A stretch of 63,209 bases of DNA, counting the filler, from Licmophora abbreviata (Eukaryota): the NCBI GenBank assembly GCA_900291995.1. It is 9 parts of 9 records of this genome, joined end to end, with 100 filler letters (N's around TTAATTAATTAA, not from the genome) between each part and the next. Parts side by side here need not be neighbours in the genome. Positions count along the whole stretch, not along the records: positions 20,858 to 25,216 come from OLMU01000165.1; positions 25,317 to 42,958 come from OLMU01000166.1; 7 more parts are not named here. The stretch is one strand, 5' to 3'. The translations under genes and the position numbers were made by a program. This document shows positions 23,639-35,180 of the stretch, piece after piece (the first letter of the stretch is position 1; each line of letters begins with the position of its first letter). The notes below the pieces were generated by a model that was given only the letters and a program-made list of their open reading frames with translations, did no database searches and was not told the origin of the DNA.

Positions 23639-24958
23639 ATGTCCCTCCAGAATCTGTCGCCGGAAGCAAAGGCGCTCAAGAGTAAGCTAGACGAGTTCGT
23701 CCGCGATGACTGCATTCCGGCCGAAGCCGAATTTGAGGAGCATATGAAGCATCGACACGGCGCCGATCGCTGGAATCAAGGCGCCATCCCCCCATGTATC
23801 GAACGCCTGAAAGCAAAAGCGCAGTCTCTGGGACTGTGGAATCTCTTTGTGCCGCCGCATCTCATGAAAGCAGTCCCCGCAGACCTGCGCCCTCCCATGC
23901 CCCTCTCCTATCGCGAGTATGGAATTCTCTGCGAGTCTATGGGGCGATCATTCCTAGCTCCTGAAGCCTGCAATTGCAGCGCTCCTGACACGGGAAACAT
24001 GGAAGTTCTCTTGCATCATGGGACCGAAGACCAGAAACGACGCTATCTCCTTCCATTGCTTCGGGGTCACATTCGATCTTGCTTTCTCATGACGGAACCA
24101 CAAGTGGCCAGTAGCGATGCGACCAATATTGAAACGACGCTTACGCGGGGTCAACATGCCACCTGTCAAAAGGTGCATTACGTGCTCAATGGAACCAAGT
24201 GGTGGAGCACGGGCGCCATGGATCCGCGCTGTGATGTGGCTTTGGTCTTGGCTCGCATGGACTACTCGCAGTGCCCTTCGGAAGCACCGAAGACGCGTCA
24301 CGGAGCCCACACGGTGGTATTGGTAGATATGAAGCAACCAGGAGTTCGAATGGCGAGACCATTGACAGTCTTTGGGTACGACGATGCTCCTCATGGACAC
24401 GCCGAAGTCGCCTTACGGAATATCCGACTTTCGCCGGAAGACCTCATTCTTGGCGAAGGCAGCGGCTTTCAGGTGGCGCAGTCGCGATTGGGACCTGGAC
24501 GCATTCACCACTGCATGCGCTCGATCGGATTGGCTGCACGTTGTTATGACCTCATGTTGGAGCGATCCATTACACGTAAGACGTTTGGAAAGTATTTATG
24601 TGAGCACGGTGGATGCCAAGAGATGATTGCCGATTCGGCCTCGGATATAGAGGCGGCGCGACTCTTGACGCTATCGTGTGCGGCCGCCATGGATGAGCAC
24701 GGTGCAGTGAAAGCGCGAGACAAAATCTCATCCATCAAGGTGTCTGTGCCGGAACTGACACATCGCGTCGTAGATCGAGCTGTGCAAATATACGGTGGAG
24801 CTGGTGTAAGCGACGACTTCCCCCTGGCGCGTGCCTTGGCGGGACTACGATCTTTGCGCATTGCGGATGGCCCCGACGCGGTTCACAAACGTACTGTGGC
24901 GCTACTAGAAATAAGGAAAGCCAAGCGAGCCAAGACCACGCTGCAAAGTCGACTATAG
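23639..24958 (+). CDS. Peroxisomal acyl-CoA dehydrogenase (ACAD10/11-like)
   Basis: NCSAPDTGNMEVL, FLMTEPQVASSDATNI, RLGPGRIHHCMR, LRIADGPD and C-terminal PTS1 -SRL. Confidence 0.93.
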   Translation: MSLQNLSPEAKALKSKLDEFVRDDCIPAEAEFEEHMKHRHGADRWNQGAIPPCIERLKAKAQSLGLWNLFVPPHLMKAVPADLRPPMPLSYREYGILCESMGRSFLAPEACNCSAPDTGNMEVLLHHGTEDQKRRYLLPLLRGHIRSCFLMTEPQVASSDATNIETTLTRGQHATCQKVHYVLNGTKWWSTGAMDPRCDVALVLARMDYSQCPSEAPKTRHGAHTVVLVDMKQPGVRMARPLTVFGYDDAPHGHAEVALRNIRLSPEDLILGEGSGFQVAQSRLGPGRIHHCMRSIGLAARCYDLMLERSITRKTFGKYLCEHGGCQEMIADSASDIEAARLLTLSCAAAMDEHGAVKARDKISSIKVSVPELTHRVVDRAVQIYGGAGVSDDFPLARALAGLRSLRIADGPDAVHKRTVALLEIRKAKRAKTTLQSRL

Positions 24959-24990
24959 CTAAAGAGTAACCTTGACAAAAGGTTTCATTT

Positions 24991-27900
24991 TTAATTGAAT
25001 GCGGAAATGAACAGAAGTCGATCTTCAAAGTGTATGTTTCCGTCGTCGTCCACTCGATGCTTTTCGTCTACCTTGATACGATTGCACGCTTTCTCCAGTT
25101 CATCGTCTGAAAAGTTTGAAAACGTGCTCCAGAATCGCGACTTGACCATACCCAGCCAACAATTTAGTGGGGTCGAACATGGGTAGGCTTCGAGAGAATG
25201 AGATACACGCTTGAAGNNNNNNNNNNNNNNNNNNNNNNNNNNNNNNNNNNNNNNNNNNNNTTAATTAATTAANNNNNNNNNNNNNNNNNNNNNNNNNNNN
25301 NNNNNNNNNNNNNNNNAATGAGATACACGCTTGAAGCCAGCCGCGAGCAAATCGGACTCTATTTCATCAAGCGAAGGTTGATTGTTTGCCCACACCTGAT
25401 TTGCTTCCTTCCATAAGGGATAATCATGCTCGAGTTGTGGCCTTGTGACGATGAGAACGGCTGGACTGTGATGCGTACTATCGTCCATTGGACAAACCTC
25501 CCTTTGCATTCTTTGAAAGATTCGCTGTCGATTGCTAGCATCCAAGTGATGGACGACTTCTTTCATCAAGACTTGATGGTATCCTTGTCTCCACAAGGCA
25601 TCGCTCGGAGAAGAAAAACTCTCAGCTCCAGCCTTGACGAATCTCACTTGCTCATCGTCAACATTCCAATCGGACGAAGACTCCAAGAAAGGGTCGACCA
25701 CGACAGCCTTCACAGATGCTCGCCCTTGGACAATAAGTCGAGTAAAGTTCCCAGTTCCTCCACCAACGTCTAGTAGAGTGCGAACCTCGCGAGGGCCCGA
25801 AGACCAGCCAAGTCGTGAAACAACTAAATCAACGAGATAGGTCATGTACTTTCCTGGTGAATAGAAGAATGCCGACTCGTACGATGACGCCGAGTGCCCT
25901 TCGTAGTGAGCCTGGGTCTTTGTGTTGGAAACAGAGTCACCACTTTTCTCCAAAGTGCGGGGCTTGTGCTGTAACCAGGCTACCTTGATATCTCGATAAG
26001 GCTTCGCCCATTCGGGCATGTCGACCTCCAGTAGAAGCGCAGCCAATCTCTCGTCGATCGATCTGCCTTGCTGTCCTTTCTTGTTCATAGTTATCTCGTA
26101 GCGCAAGGCGTGTAAGCAAATGATATGTCCCGTTTCGAGCAGTTGAGCCGCCGTAAACGAAGATTCGATACCCTGTTTGCCTCCCTGACAGCATTTGCAG
26201 TTACGAATCGCACCTTGAGCGTCCGCGTCAGGCGTCTTCGATAACTGCCGGCTTGTGTCTGCTTCGAAGCAGCTTTTCGAAATAAGTCTCACCGCATCGT
26301 CCTTTCGGTTCAGCGTCAAAGGCTCTCCACCGTACTGGACGTCGCCTACGATAGGGAAGCCTAGCCATTGTAAGTGGAGACGAAGCTGGTGTCCCCGACC
26401 CGTAAGTGGACAACACGAAATTATAGAGCAGTCGGCCTCCGGATCATAAGACTGGTACTGGAAGCGACTCTTGGCTGCCTTGCCCTCTTGTGCAATAGCG
26501 CGAATTCCAATCATGGGGTCAATGGTATGTATGGGGGCATCAATCTGAAAGCATTGCATCTCATCGGCCCAGGTCCAGGCAGCGCAGTCGGATGGCGAGA
26601 AGGATGGGAAAAGATCTCTGGCAGAGTCCATTGCCTGAGGAAATCGACCCTGGGCGCAAGACACCACATAAACCATCGGTTAGAATTGAACGGCCCAAGT
26701 GAAGTGAAGAACAAAACAGCAGTAGCACTCACCTTCACAAGAGCGAGGTAAAGTTTGCGGACCATCCCCTCGTTCATTTTGCTTTGCACCAAACGAGCGG
26801 TGGCTGTGTCAGTACTGCAAATCGTGAGTCCGCTGGTGACTCGATCAATCCTGTGACAAGTGTGCAGCGAGCGAGTCCTGAAATGCTCCTGTGCTTCCAC
26901 CAGAAGGGAGAGTGCATTCGATAAATAGGGTCCCGTAGGGTACACGGGCACTGAAGCGGGTTTGTTGCAAACTACGATCCAGCTGTTGTCAGAACTAAGC
27001 CCATACTCCTCGATGACTGGTGTGGCAAGTGAATGCTTTGCACTTGAATTACAGCAGGAGTAATGACTGGTGGCTCGTGCCAATGCGTCACTCGCGAAAT
27101 AACATCCATGTTCCGAAGCTTCGTCGACATAGTTTGTTTGGTCACTTTCAGATCGTTGAGACAAAGAAGTCCTGCGCTTATAGTAGCACCAAGTGAATCA
27201 TCATCGCTGAGGCCCCAAAACTCTTGTTGAAGAACAGATACCAACGACCTTCCGTTCCATTTTCCTTTCACAGACGTTCTCAGGACTCGGACGCAAGGTG
27301 GTGGGATACGAATTCCGGTTTCTTCATCTCTGTGCTTGCTAGGACCAAGGGAAAGCTGAAGTTGCTGAATCTCGTCGATTGATTCCTCCCGCCGTCTAAT
27401 CTTTGACACTCGCTGGTTGGCGGTTCGGCGCGTTGAGCGAGATGGCGGCGCTATTGGCTCTTTACATGTTGCACTAGCAGCTGGAGCTGATGCGATTGGC
27501 AACGCTGTCGGTCGAGGTTCAAGTCGATCTTTTCGATGTAGACCATGGAATCCCCAGCAGCTGCCGGAGCAATCGACGTCGCCACAGTTTCGACAAACGA
27601 AAGCGCCGCTGCTTGACACGCTTCCACCGCTAATCGCACTAAGTCTTGCGGTGAGTCTGTCACATTGCTTTTGCAAAGTTTTCCGCTTCTGTTTGTAGCG
27701 TCGACCAACCGAGATCTTTGCAAGCTGCTGCCTCAGTTCGTCAAGCTGACGCGACAGCTCGTCTTTTCCATATTCCTCGAGATTTGTGAAATAACATGTC
27801 CGCAAGTGAAAATGATTTACACAGTGGTACTCTTGATTCTTCGGTCTACACGGGTCGCAAACAAGGGTGGGCTCTCGACAAACGGTGCATACGCAACTGG

Positions 27901-29092
27901 AATGAAATGTATCATAAGGGGTGCGGCAGTACAAACACCGACCAACAACTTCCTCGTTCACCTCCACTGCGTCAGAATTGACCGTGTATCCATCTTTTCC
28001 AATTTGTGTCTCAGCAGCACCAACAGCTCCGCGCCTATCGAACATAAAGTTCTTTCCTTTCCATAGACCTGCGTTTCCATACTCTTCGAGGTACTTGTGA
28101 ACACCTCCTTTGAGATGACCGACAGATCTTACACCGGGCACCTCTTTGCGGATATAGGCCGACGCTTTTTCGCATCGAACACCCCCAGTGCAGTACATAA
28201 GAATGCGCTTCTTGGTCAGTTCGTGTTGATGCTCCTGGACCCAGTTAGGGAACTGGGCGAACGTTGTCGTGTTTGGGTCCACAGAACGCGGGAAGTGACC
28301 AATCGCGCACTCTTTCGTGTTCCTGCAGTCGATCAGGACCGTGTCGTCCTTAAGGTTTGATATCTCCTCATGCCATTCTCGAGGCGTCAGGTACCCTCGC
28401 GAGGTTTCGAGGACAGAGATCGACGACAGGACGCCTCCAGTCGATATGATTTCGTTTACGAGTTTCACGTTCAGATCGGGGAAGACGGACTCCTCGGAGT
28501 CGCTGGACGTGGACCACTTGAAATCTTCAGGCGAGCTCATGGTGAGCTCCTGAATTCCAGCGTTGGCTGCGAATGCTTTACTCTTTGTCCAGAATTCCTC
28601 CAGGATAGATTTCACTTGCTCAGTCAAAGAATCAAAGCCATGATCTTGAACATATAGTCGCCCCAGAAATGCATAGGTGAGCGCTCGCACGTCAGTTGTT
28701 CGACCAGCCAGAGATCCATTGATTCCTTCCGCATTATCGGAGCAACCAATCAGTATTCTACCCTTGAGCTGTAGTGAGTGACACAGCGTCTCCACTGCCG
28801 TCCGATAGGGTTCCATCACATCAAATGACGACGACAGCGGATGATATTTGTAGAACAGAATGACGCTTTGAGAACGAAATTTCTCGAGACCGTTATCACA
28901 CTTCCGCATATCAGGCAGAGAGGGACCCGCCACGCCCATTTCCCGCTGAGATTGTTTCAGCATCCCGTCGTTCGTCGGGGATCGTTCGAGGCGACGAGAG
29001 AGCCTCGATGAGCGATCATGTTTTGTGGTTCCAAATTTGCAAAAGTTTGTGATGCTATTTTGGAACGCGCGTCTAGCCCGCGCGAGCGCCAT
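24991..29092 (-). CDS. Multidomain protein: TrhO/TSTD2-type rhodanese + RluA-type pseudouridine synthase + class I SAM methyltransferase; one intron, one 1-nt frameshift, spans a negative gap
   Basis: Rhodanese IDCRN...MYCTGGVRCEKAS (approx. 28170-28340). RluA HWHEPPV, NKPASVP, HRIDRVTSG, TGRGHQLRLHL, LHA. MTase LLDVGGGTGNF, KEVVHH. Frameshift near 27021, intron approx. 26732-26650, and the C-terminus continues across the overlapping gap to TAA at 24991. Confidence 0.8.
25217..25316. other. Assembly gap; flanks overlap (25197-25216 = 25317-25336)
   Basis: 20-nt exact duplication; the reading frame is continuous after merging. Confidence 0.97.
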
Positions 29093-29235
29093 CTTTCAGC
29101 GTACCGTCTGTCCGCGCATCCGAGCTATCAATTTCGTCCGTGTGTCTATCACCCTGTGAATCCCGCGATCTTCAAACTTCAATCCCTCCCTCATCTCACT
29201 GAGCGCACCGGTTGAGATGTCATGGAGATGACACC

Positions 29236-29892
29236 ATGGCGTCGTTCCTGTCGTCCACGATGAGTTTCAAGATCATACTTCTTCAAACAGTTCTGTTTGC
29301 CTGTACCCGGGCTTTTGTCTTGCCCAATGCTGCCCTGGTTGCACCGTCGCGAGCTTCAGTCCACCATGCGCTTCCACTACTAGATCAGACGGCGGTATCA
29401 GATCAATTGAAAATGCTAGACGCTTCTGTTGATTCTACTTTGTCGCTGCCTTCGATCGTCGACACGAGCTCGTCGGTTTCCTCAACAATCTTGACCGCCG
29501 ACGCCTTGGATTTACTGAGGAACTTTTTTATTATAATCGGCGGCATTGTCGCGGTTCTGGCAGTTGGCGCGATTGCGTTCTCTGCTTGGATCGTCCCGCA
29601 GGCGGCAGCCGAACTCGAAAAGCAGATCAAGGAACGCGATCCTGCTTTGTGGGAGGAGTATCAAGACAAGCTTGAAGAAGGTGAAGTACTGGCCATGCGC
29701 CCAGAACTGATGCAAGAGTTGGGTGACAGGTATCAGAAGATGGTGATGGAGGAGTTTGACGCACAGGAAATGGCTACGGCTAAAGAGACGAGCGCCAAGA
29801 CGAGCCGCACCGGTGGAACGGTGACCTCTCCAAGCACAAATAACAAGGCCGTCCTAGATGCAGAGATTGTGGACTCAGACAAAGATGACTAG
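29236..29892 (+). CDS. Hypothetical plastid-targeted single-pass membrane protein
   Basis: Signal peptide ending TRA-FV, a Ser-rich transit-like region, one TM helix, and a conserved-looking tail 'QIKERDPALWEEYQDKLEEGEVLAMRPELMQELG'. Confidence 0.75.
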   Translation: MASFLSSTMSFKIILLQTVLFACTRAFVLPNAALVAPSRASVHHALPLLDQTAVSDQLKMLDASVDSTLSLPSIVDTSSSVSSTILTADALDLLRNFFIIIGGIVAVLAVGAIAFSAWIVPQAAAELEKQIKERDPALWEEYQDKLEEGEVLAMRPELMQELGDRYQKMVMEEFDAQEMATAKETSAKTSRTGGTVTSPSTNNKAVLDAEIVDSDKDD

Positions 29893-29974
29893 GGCAAATA
29901 ATGAAGCAGCTAGTATCAAACAACTGCGCTATTGAAATTGTATTATCCTACTCTAGAACTTACCTGGCACCTCT

Positions 29975-30550
29975 TCAATACAACTGTCCTTTCGCTCGGA
30001 CAATCTCCCGAAGCATAAAGTGCTTGTGTTTACTGATACGATGACAAGGAGTGATCATGACGAGATCACCCATTTTCGCAACTTCGTTTTCGTCGTGCGC
30101 CATGAACTTTCTCGTGTATTTGAGGCGCTTTCGATACTTTGGGACCATCCGATAACGATCCACTGCCACATTAACAGTTTTATCCATCTTGTCACTCACA
30201 ACTTTTCCAACCAGCACGCCTCTGGGAATGCCGCCAGGAGGCGAATGAATGAACTCCCATCCCGGTATCGTGGAGGTATCTGCAAGCTCCTCGTTGGTCA
30301 TCGACGAAAAATCCTTGGGCTCTGCAGCCATCTCTTCAGGCGCGGTTTCTTTTAAAAGTTGCGACACTGAGTCTTCCGTCGATAGTAGGCGAATAGACTG
30401 ACACGCGTTTGCAAGCTGGCTAGAGTGCACCAAACGAGCATTTGCTGCTGAATTCAAGCCGTGACCATCACTATCAGAGAAGGTGGCAACAACTTTGGAA
30501 GCTCGAGGGAAACGTAATCTCGGGCCGAACCTGCTCAAAGACGACATCAT
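29975..30550 (-). CDS. MRPS17: Mitochondrial ribosomal protein uS17
   Basis: GKVVSDKMDKTVNV...KFMAHDE...GDLV.I..CHRISKHK, preceded by a mitochondrial-type presequence. Confidence 0.9.
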   Translation of the reverse strand: MMSSLSRFGPRLRFPRASKVVATFSDSDGHGLNSAANARLVHSSQLANACQSIRLLSTEDSVSQLLKETAPEEMAAEPKDFSSMTNEELADTSTIPGWEFIHSPPGGIPRGVLVGKVVSDKMDKTVNVAVDRYRMVPKYRKRLKYTRKFMAHDENEVAKMGDLVMITPCHRISKHKHFMLREIVRAKGQLY

Positions 30551-30892
30551 GATACTGAAAATAATTTGGAGCGGTTGAAGGCAGCTGTGCTATGGTATGG
30601 GAATGCTGTCGGCAACGTGGTTCGGATCTCGTCGTCGTCGGCGCCGTTGTGAAATGTGTGTCGCGGTGTGAGATGTCTCGCTGTGCGTGCAGTGACGACA
30701 GACAGGCGACCGCGGCGCGCACGCGCCTCTCACTTCGATATCCATTAGACTTGACTCGATTTTGAGCTAGGACTCGACGGCAAGCAAAGCACACATCACT
30801 GGTTGAATACAAGGCTTCCAGCCTTAGGCCATCGTCCAATCGAGTAAAATAAAAGCGGGTAGCAGTCGGGTTGTAAAGTAGCTACTTCTAAC

Positions 30893-32098
30893 TTAGATAT
30901 TTTCGTCCATGGCGCTTTGCAAGGCTTTGTCAATCGTTGGGTGCAAGAACTGGAAGCCGGTCTTTTCCAGTTTTCCAGGAGCCGCTCGAACGCCACCCAA
31001 AAGCATCTCATTGCCCATTTCGCCGAACAACAGGTTGACAGCGAACCCAGGGAATGGAAATATAGTGGGACGATTCAAAGTTTTGCCAAGTGCTACTGTG
31101 AACTCGGCGTTGGTGCAAGGACTTGGGGCGCAAATGTTCACAGGACCCTTGAGTAGCGGGGTCGATAGTGCGAAGACCATGGCACGAGCCGCATCTCTTG
31201 CGGAGACATAGGTGAAGTATTGTTGACCGGATCCGACGTTGCCACCACCGCCTAAGAAGAAAATGGGGTACAGTTTGGCAAGCGCGCCGCCGTTTTTGGA
31301 CATGACGACACCCATGCGAAGATTCACGACCCTGTTCTTTCCAATCGCCACGCGCGTGGCAGCCTCGCACTCACGTGCCACTTGTGCGAGAAATCCCTTT
31401 GTGCTCGACGTGTCCATACTTTCGTCAACTATGGAAGAGGACTGGCCGATAAAGTCGTCGCCATAAACTCCTATTCCCGATGCCGATAGGAGCGTTGTCG
31501 GAGTCCGGGAAGACGCAATTGCCTTTGACAAGGCTTCTGTAGAAACCACACGCGAATTGAGGATTTCTGCCTTCTTTTCTTCGGTCCATGGACGAATACC
31601 CAGGAATCCTAATGGACCCAGTCCAGTCGCCACGTTTTCCCCTGCCAGATGTACCACTGCATCCATCGACTCGAGTACTTGGGGATCCACCACAGACTCG
31701 GGATCCGTCGCCTTTGGATTCCATGGCGCAGCTACAACAGTCTCGTCGCCAAATTCAGGAGCATTGACGGAGCTTGATCTATTAAGTTTCACCACCCTTA
31801 CTGGTTTTCCGTTGAGAGATGCCTTCTTTCCCAGCTCGTCGATCAGGGCCGATCCCAAAAGACCAGACGAGCCTGTGATACCGACCGTGTAGAAAGGGTT
31901 CTTACTAGAGGCAGTCGTCGACAAGGCCCTGGAAAAATTGTCAGCAATATCATTGAAGAACGACATGGACAGGCGTTGCTGGTTGTTGGATGCAAAGGAC
32001 GCAGTCTTGCGTCCGGCAAAGGCCGCGATGATTGGACGAGAGGAAGCTGGAGAGCTTAAGACTACCGTCAAGAGCATTGCAGGGATTGTCGTCAACAT
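30893..32098 (-). CDS. SDR39U1/YfcH (SulA/GC1-like) epimerase-family protein, probably plastid-targeted
   Basis: GITGSSGLLG, AVVHLAGE, GGNVGSGQQY and DUF1731-type tail 'PGKLEKTGFQFLHP'. The presequence ends IAA-FA. Confidence 0.9.
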   Translation of the reverse strand: MLTTIPAMLLTVVLSSPASSRPIIAAFAGRKTASFASNNQQRLSMSFFNDIADNFSRALSTTASSKNPFYTVGITGSSGLLGSALIDELGKKASLNGKPVRVVKLNRSSSVNAPEFGDETVVAAPWNPKATDPESVVDPQVLESMDAVVHLAGENVATGLGPLGFLGIRPWTEEKKAEILNSRVVSTEALSKAIASSRTPTTLLSASGIGVYGDDFIGQSSSIVDESMDTSSTKGFLAQVARECEAATRVAIGKNRVVNLRMGVVMSKNGGALAKLYPIFFLGGGGNVGSGQQYFTYVSARDAARAMVFALSTPLLKGPVNICAPSPCTNAEFTVALGKTLNRPTIFPFPGFAVNLLFGEMGNEMLLGGVRAAPGKLEKTGFQFLHPTIDKALQSAMDENI

Positions 32099-32461
32099 TG
32101 CCTTTGGCGGGAGGGGCGCTCTCGTGTTGTGACAATGTGAAAGACTTGTCTAGTCCATTGATGCCACATGGAGTCGAGCGGATGACTCATCATGGCCACC
32201 GCACCCAGAGGCGTGTTTCTCAGTTTGGAACAGAATAAGACGAGTTCCCGCCATCACTGACGTCATTACAACTCTGAAACGTGAGGGAGAGAGATTTATT
32301 TTTCATATACAGGCTTGAATACCATTGTACGCTGAAGAGTGTAAAAGTCAAAAGGTACCGGGCACACTGATGTCAATTCTCAATTCATCACAACGCGACG
32401 TCCGACGTCGAGGAACGACACTTCAGGTATCGTCCTGTCCTACTACGTTCGCCGATCCACC

Positions 32462-33666
32462 ATGACGAAACTCCCATGCCTTTCGCTGTTTCTTTGCTTG
32501 CTGACAATGACCCATGAGATTCGGAGCTTATCGGCGAAACCAGCGATGCCATTGAAAGCCGAGTGGATTCAACTGACCCCTAGGGGTAAGATTGAACCGA
32601 GACGCTCTGGGCATGTAGCGTTCACTGTTGACAAGCGGTTACTTCTTTTTGGAGGTTATGCTGAAGTAGATGAGCCAGATCAGGGAATGAGGCGATTCGT
32701 GGTGAATGATCTCTGGGAGTGGGACGATCACGAGGGCTGGACCGAACAAGAGCAACAGTCTGACACGACACCCGGTCCGAGGCTCGCGTCAGCTGCGGTT
32801 GTATTAAACGGAAGGTAAGATACCGACACTGAGTCCGTATCCTTTGTTGAATGGGCGATGCGAGTGCCTCTGAACCATATGACCATTCACGTTGGCTCGA
32901 TTGTAGTCCTTACTTGATCGGGGGCTGGGATCCGCAAACCGCTGGAACTGGAGGCATCATCCTCGACATGGTTCAAAAGCTGGATGTGTCTACAGGAAAA
33001 TGGCAGGAACTATCGTCGCCTCTTCCAGATGGCCCTACGAGTAGGCATGTTGCATTAGCTTTGCCAGGGGCAAAGAAGGCTCTTATTCACAATCACCGAT
33101 GCACAGATCATGTGTTGGTCCTGGACAGTGACACCGATACGATCCGTGTTCAACCGACTACTGGAACGGCGCCCAGCAGTCGAGGCCTCCATGCAGCAGC
33201 CATGGCAGGAAAAACTGCAGTCATATTTGGTGGAGCAGCAAAAGATACAGTAATGTCAAATGAGGTATTCTTGCTGAACACCGACACATGGGAATGGACG
33301 CCTATTCAACTTGAGTCGGACGATTGTCCATCGCCTCGGGCCGGTGCCTGCATGTGTCGGTACAGTGATGAGTGTGTTCTACTCTTTGGTGGAGCCGAGA
33401 CTACGGAAACAGGTCTGAATCCTAAAGGCGACATCTGGGCGTTAAGCTTTGACGATCAGGAAGGAAAGGGTCTATGGACGAAACTCTTGGACGAGACCGC
33501 AGATGGCTTATGTCCGCCACCCCGCAATGCTGCAACGCTCAGCAGAATAGACGCTATCAGCGGCCGAGAAGGAGAAGGGTCCTGTTTTCTGTTGTCAGGT
33601 GGCTGGGCACCGTTTCGAACGACTTGGAACGACTCCTTTGTGCTGAATGTCTCGCCCGCCAAATAG
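32462..33666 (+). CDS. Kelch-repeat protein with N-terminal signal peptide; exons 32462-32814 and 32907-33666
   Basis: Repeated 'P.R.GH...LLFGG' kelch blades. The intron at 32815-32906 is in frame. Confidence 0.87.
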
Positions 33667-34062
33667 CTATTATGCCTATGCTCTTAGACTAGAGTAGTAC
33701 TAGGCCCCTGTCCATAATACTGATGGTTCGACCTAGACTAGACTCAGAAGGAGAACAATGTTGCGCGGCACTATGTGGTGCCTATGTTCTCTATGCTAGT
33801 CCAGCACATTCTGCCGAGGGATCGTCGCGTATCAATCGCATCGCGAGATGCGCAACGCGCGGCATAGTGGGAGTCCTGCGAGAGACATGCTTTGACGCGC
33901 GCCACGTGATGGACGATGGTGGACGCGCCATCATACTGAGAGATGACAATGGCACACCGTGAAACCATCACTACTTGTGTACAAACACAATCACTCATCT
34001 CTGGAGCGCACTGCGGCTGGCATTTATAAAGTTCAGGTCTGATCCGGACAGCGTCGTGTGCG

Positions 34063-35021
34063 ATGAGATCTCGAGCGGTGGCGGGGTTCTCAGTCCTGAT
34101 GCTGTGTTTCAACTGTGCCGAGACGGCCTCGTGCTTTGTCTCTCGGCGTGGGGCGCGCTCCCTTACAACGTGGCGACAAACGATGGTTAGCATACTTCCC
34201 ATCACCACGTCGGAATCATGTTCGGTGGCGTACAGAGCTACCGTCAGACGAAGAATTGTCCAGGTCGGCGACGGCAAGCCTCGCGGTCGGATGCTACCAG
34301 CTGCGCTTCACATGAGCACTGATGCGGATTCCCCTGTAACGACGCTGGCTAGTGGATCCCATGTCGCCGAGATGGAGGTGAAAAAGAGCCGCTTCATTGG
34401 TTATGCTCAGCACGTAGAGACCTGGAAGAAAGCACAGGACTATCTCGAGACAATACACATGGAGCACCAAAAGGCGAGGCACGTATGTTTTGGGTTCGTT
34501 GCAGGTTCAAACCCTGTCCAGGAACGATGTTCGGACGACGGGGAACCGACCGGGACAGCAGGCTTGCCGATTCTAGGTGCTGTTAAGGGCGAGGGACTAT
34601 CCGATACTATCTGTGTCATAGTTCGCTACTTTGGTGAGTGGATGCGATGAGTGTTGCGTTAAGTTTGCCCGGGTCAGCGCACATGCTCATGGCGTTGGCC
34701 GTTTGTCGGGTCGATACGAAAGGGGGAACAAAACTAGGAGCGGGGGGCTTGATACGAGCGTACGGGGGAGCTGCTAGGCTAGTTCTGAGGGATGCACCGA
34801 AAGAAGTGCTGATACCAAAGACATCGTTTCGGGTCTCTGTCACATCTTCCTATGCCGGTTCAGTGTACGATTCCGTCGCGAAAGCTGGCGGTGACACGAG
34901 TGAAGAAGAGTACACACAAGATGGAACTTTGGTAATAACCGTCACGTGCGAGACGGAACGTCTGGATGTGCTGAAGGCGAACCTACAGGATTCGACCAGA
35001 GGAAGTGTGGAGTATATATAA
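34063..35021 (+). CDS. IMPACT/YigZ-family protein, probably plastid-targeted; intron 34634-34721
   Basis: EVKKSRFIG, SDDGEPTGTAG, VRYFG|GTKLGAGGLIRAY. The signal peptide ends ASC-FV. Confidence 0.9.
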
Positions 35022-35180
35022 CGATATCAGGAACTACGGCGTAAATGCTAGGCTAACCAGAGAGCAATCAGGTTTCCGTGTTTCTAGCTGGCGTAGCGCG
35101 TATTTGTAAGCCGGTAGACCTTTCAAAGACAAGAGTTAGATGAGAGCACCAGATGAGGTTTCGTCACATAATGGGAGCAA

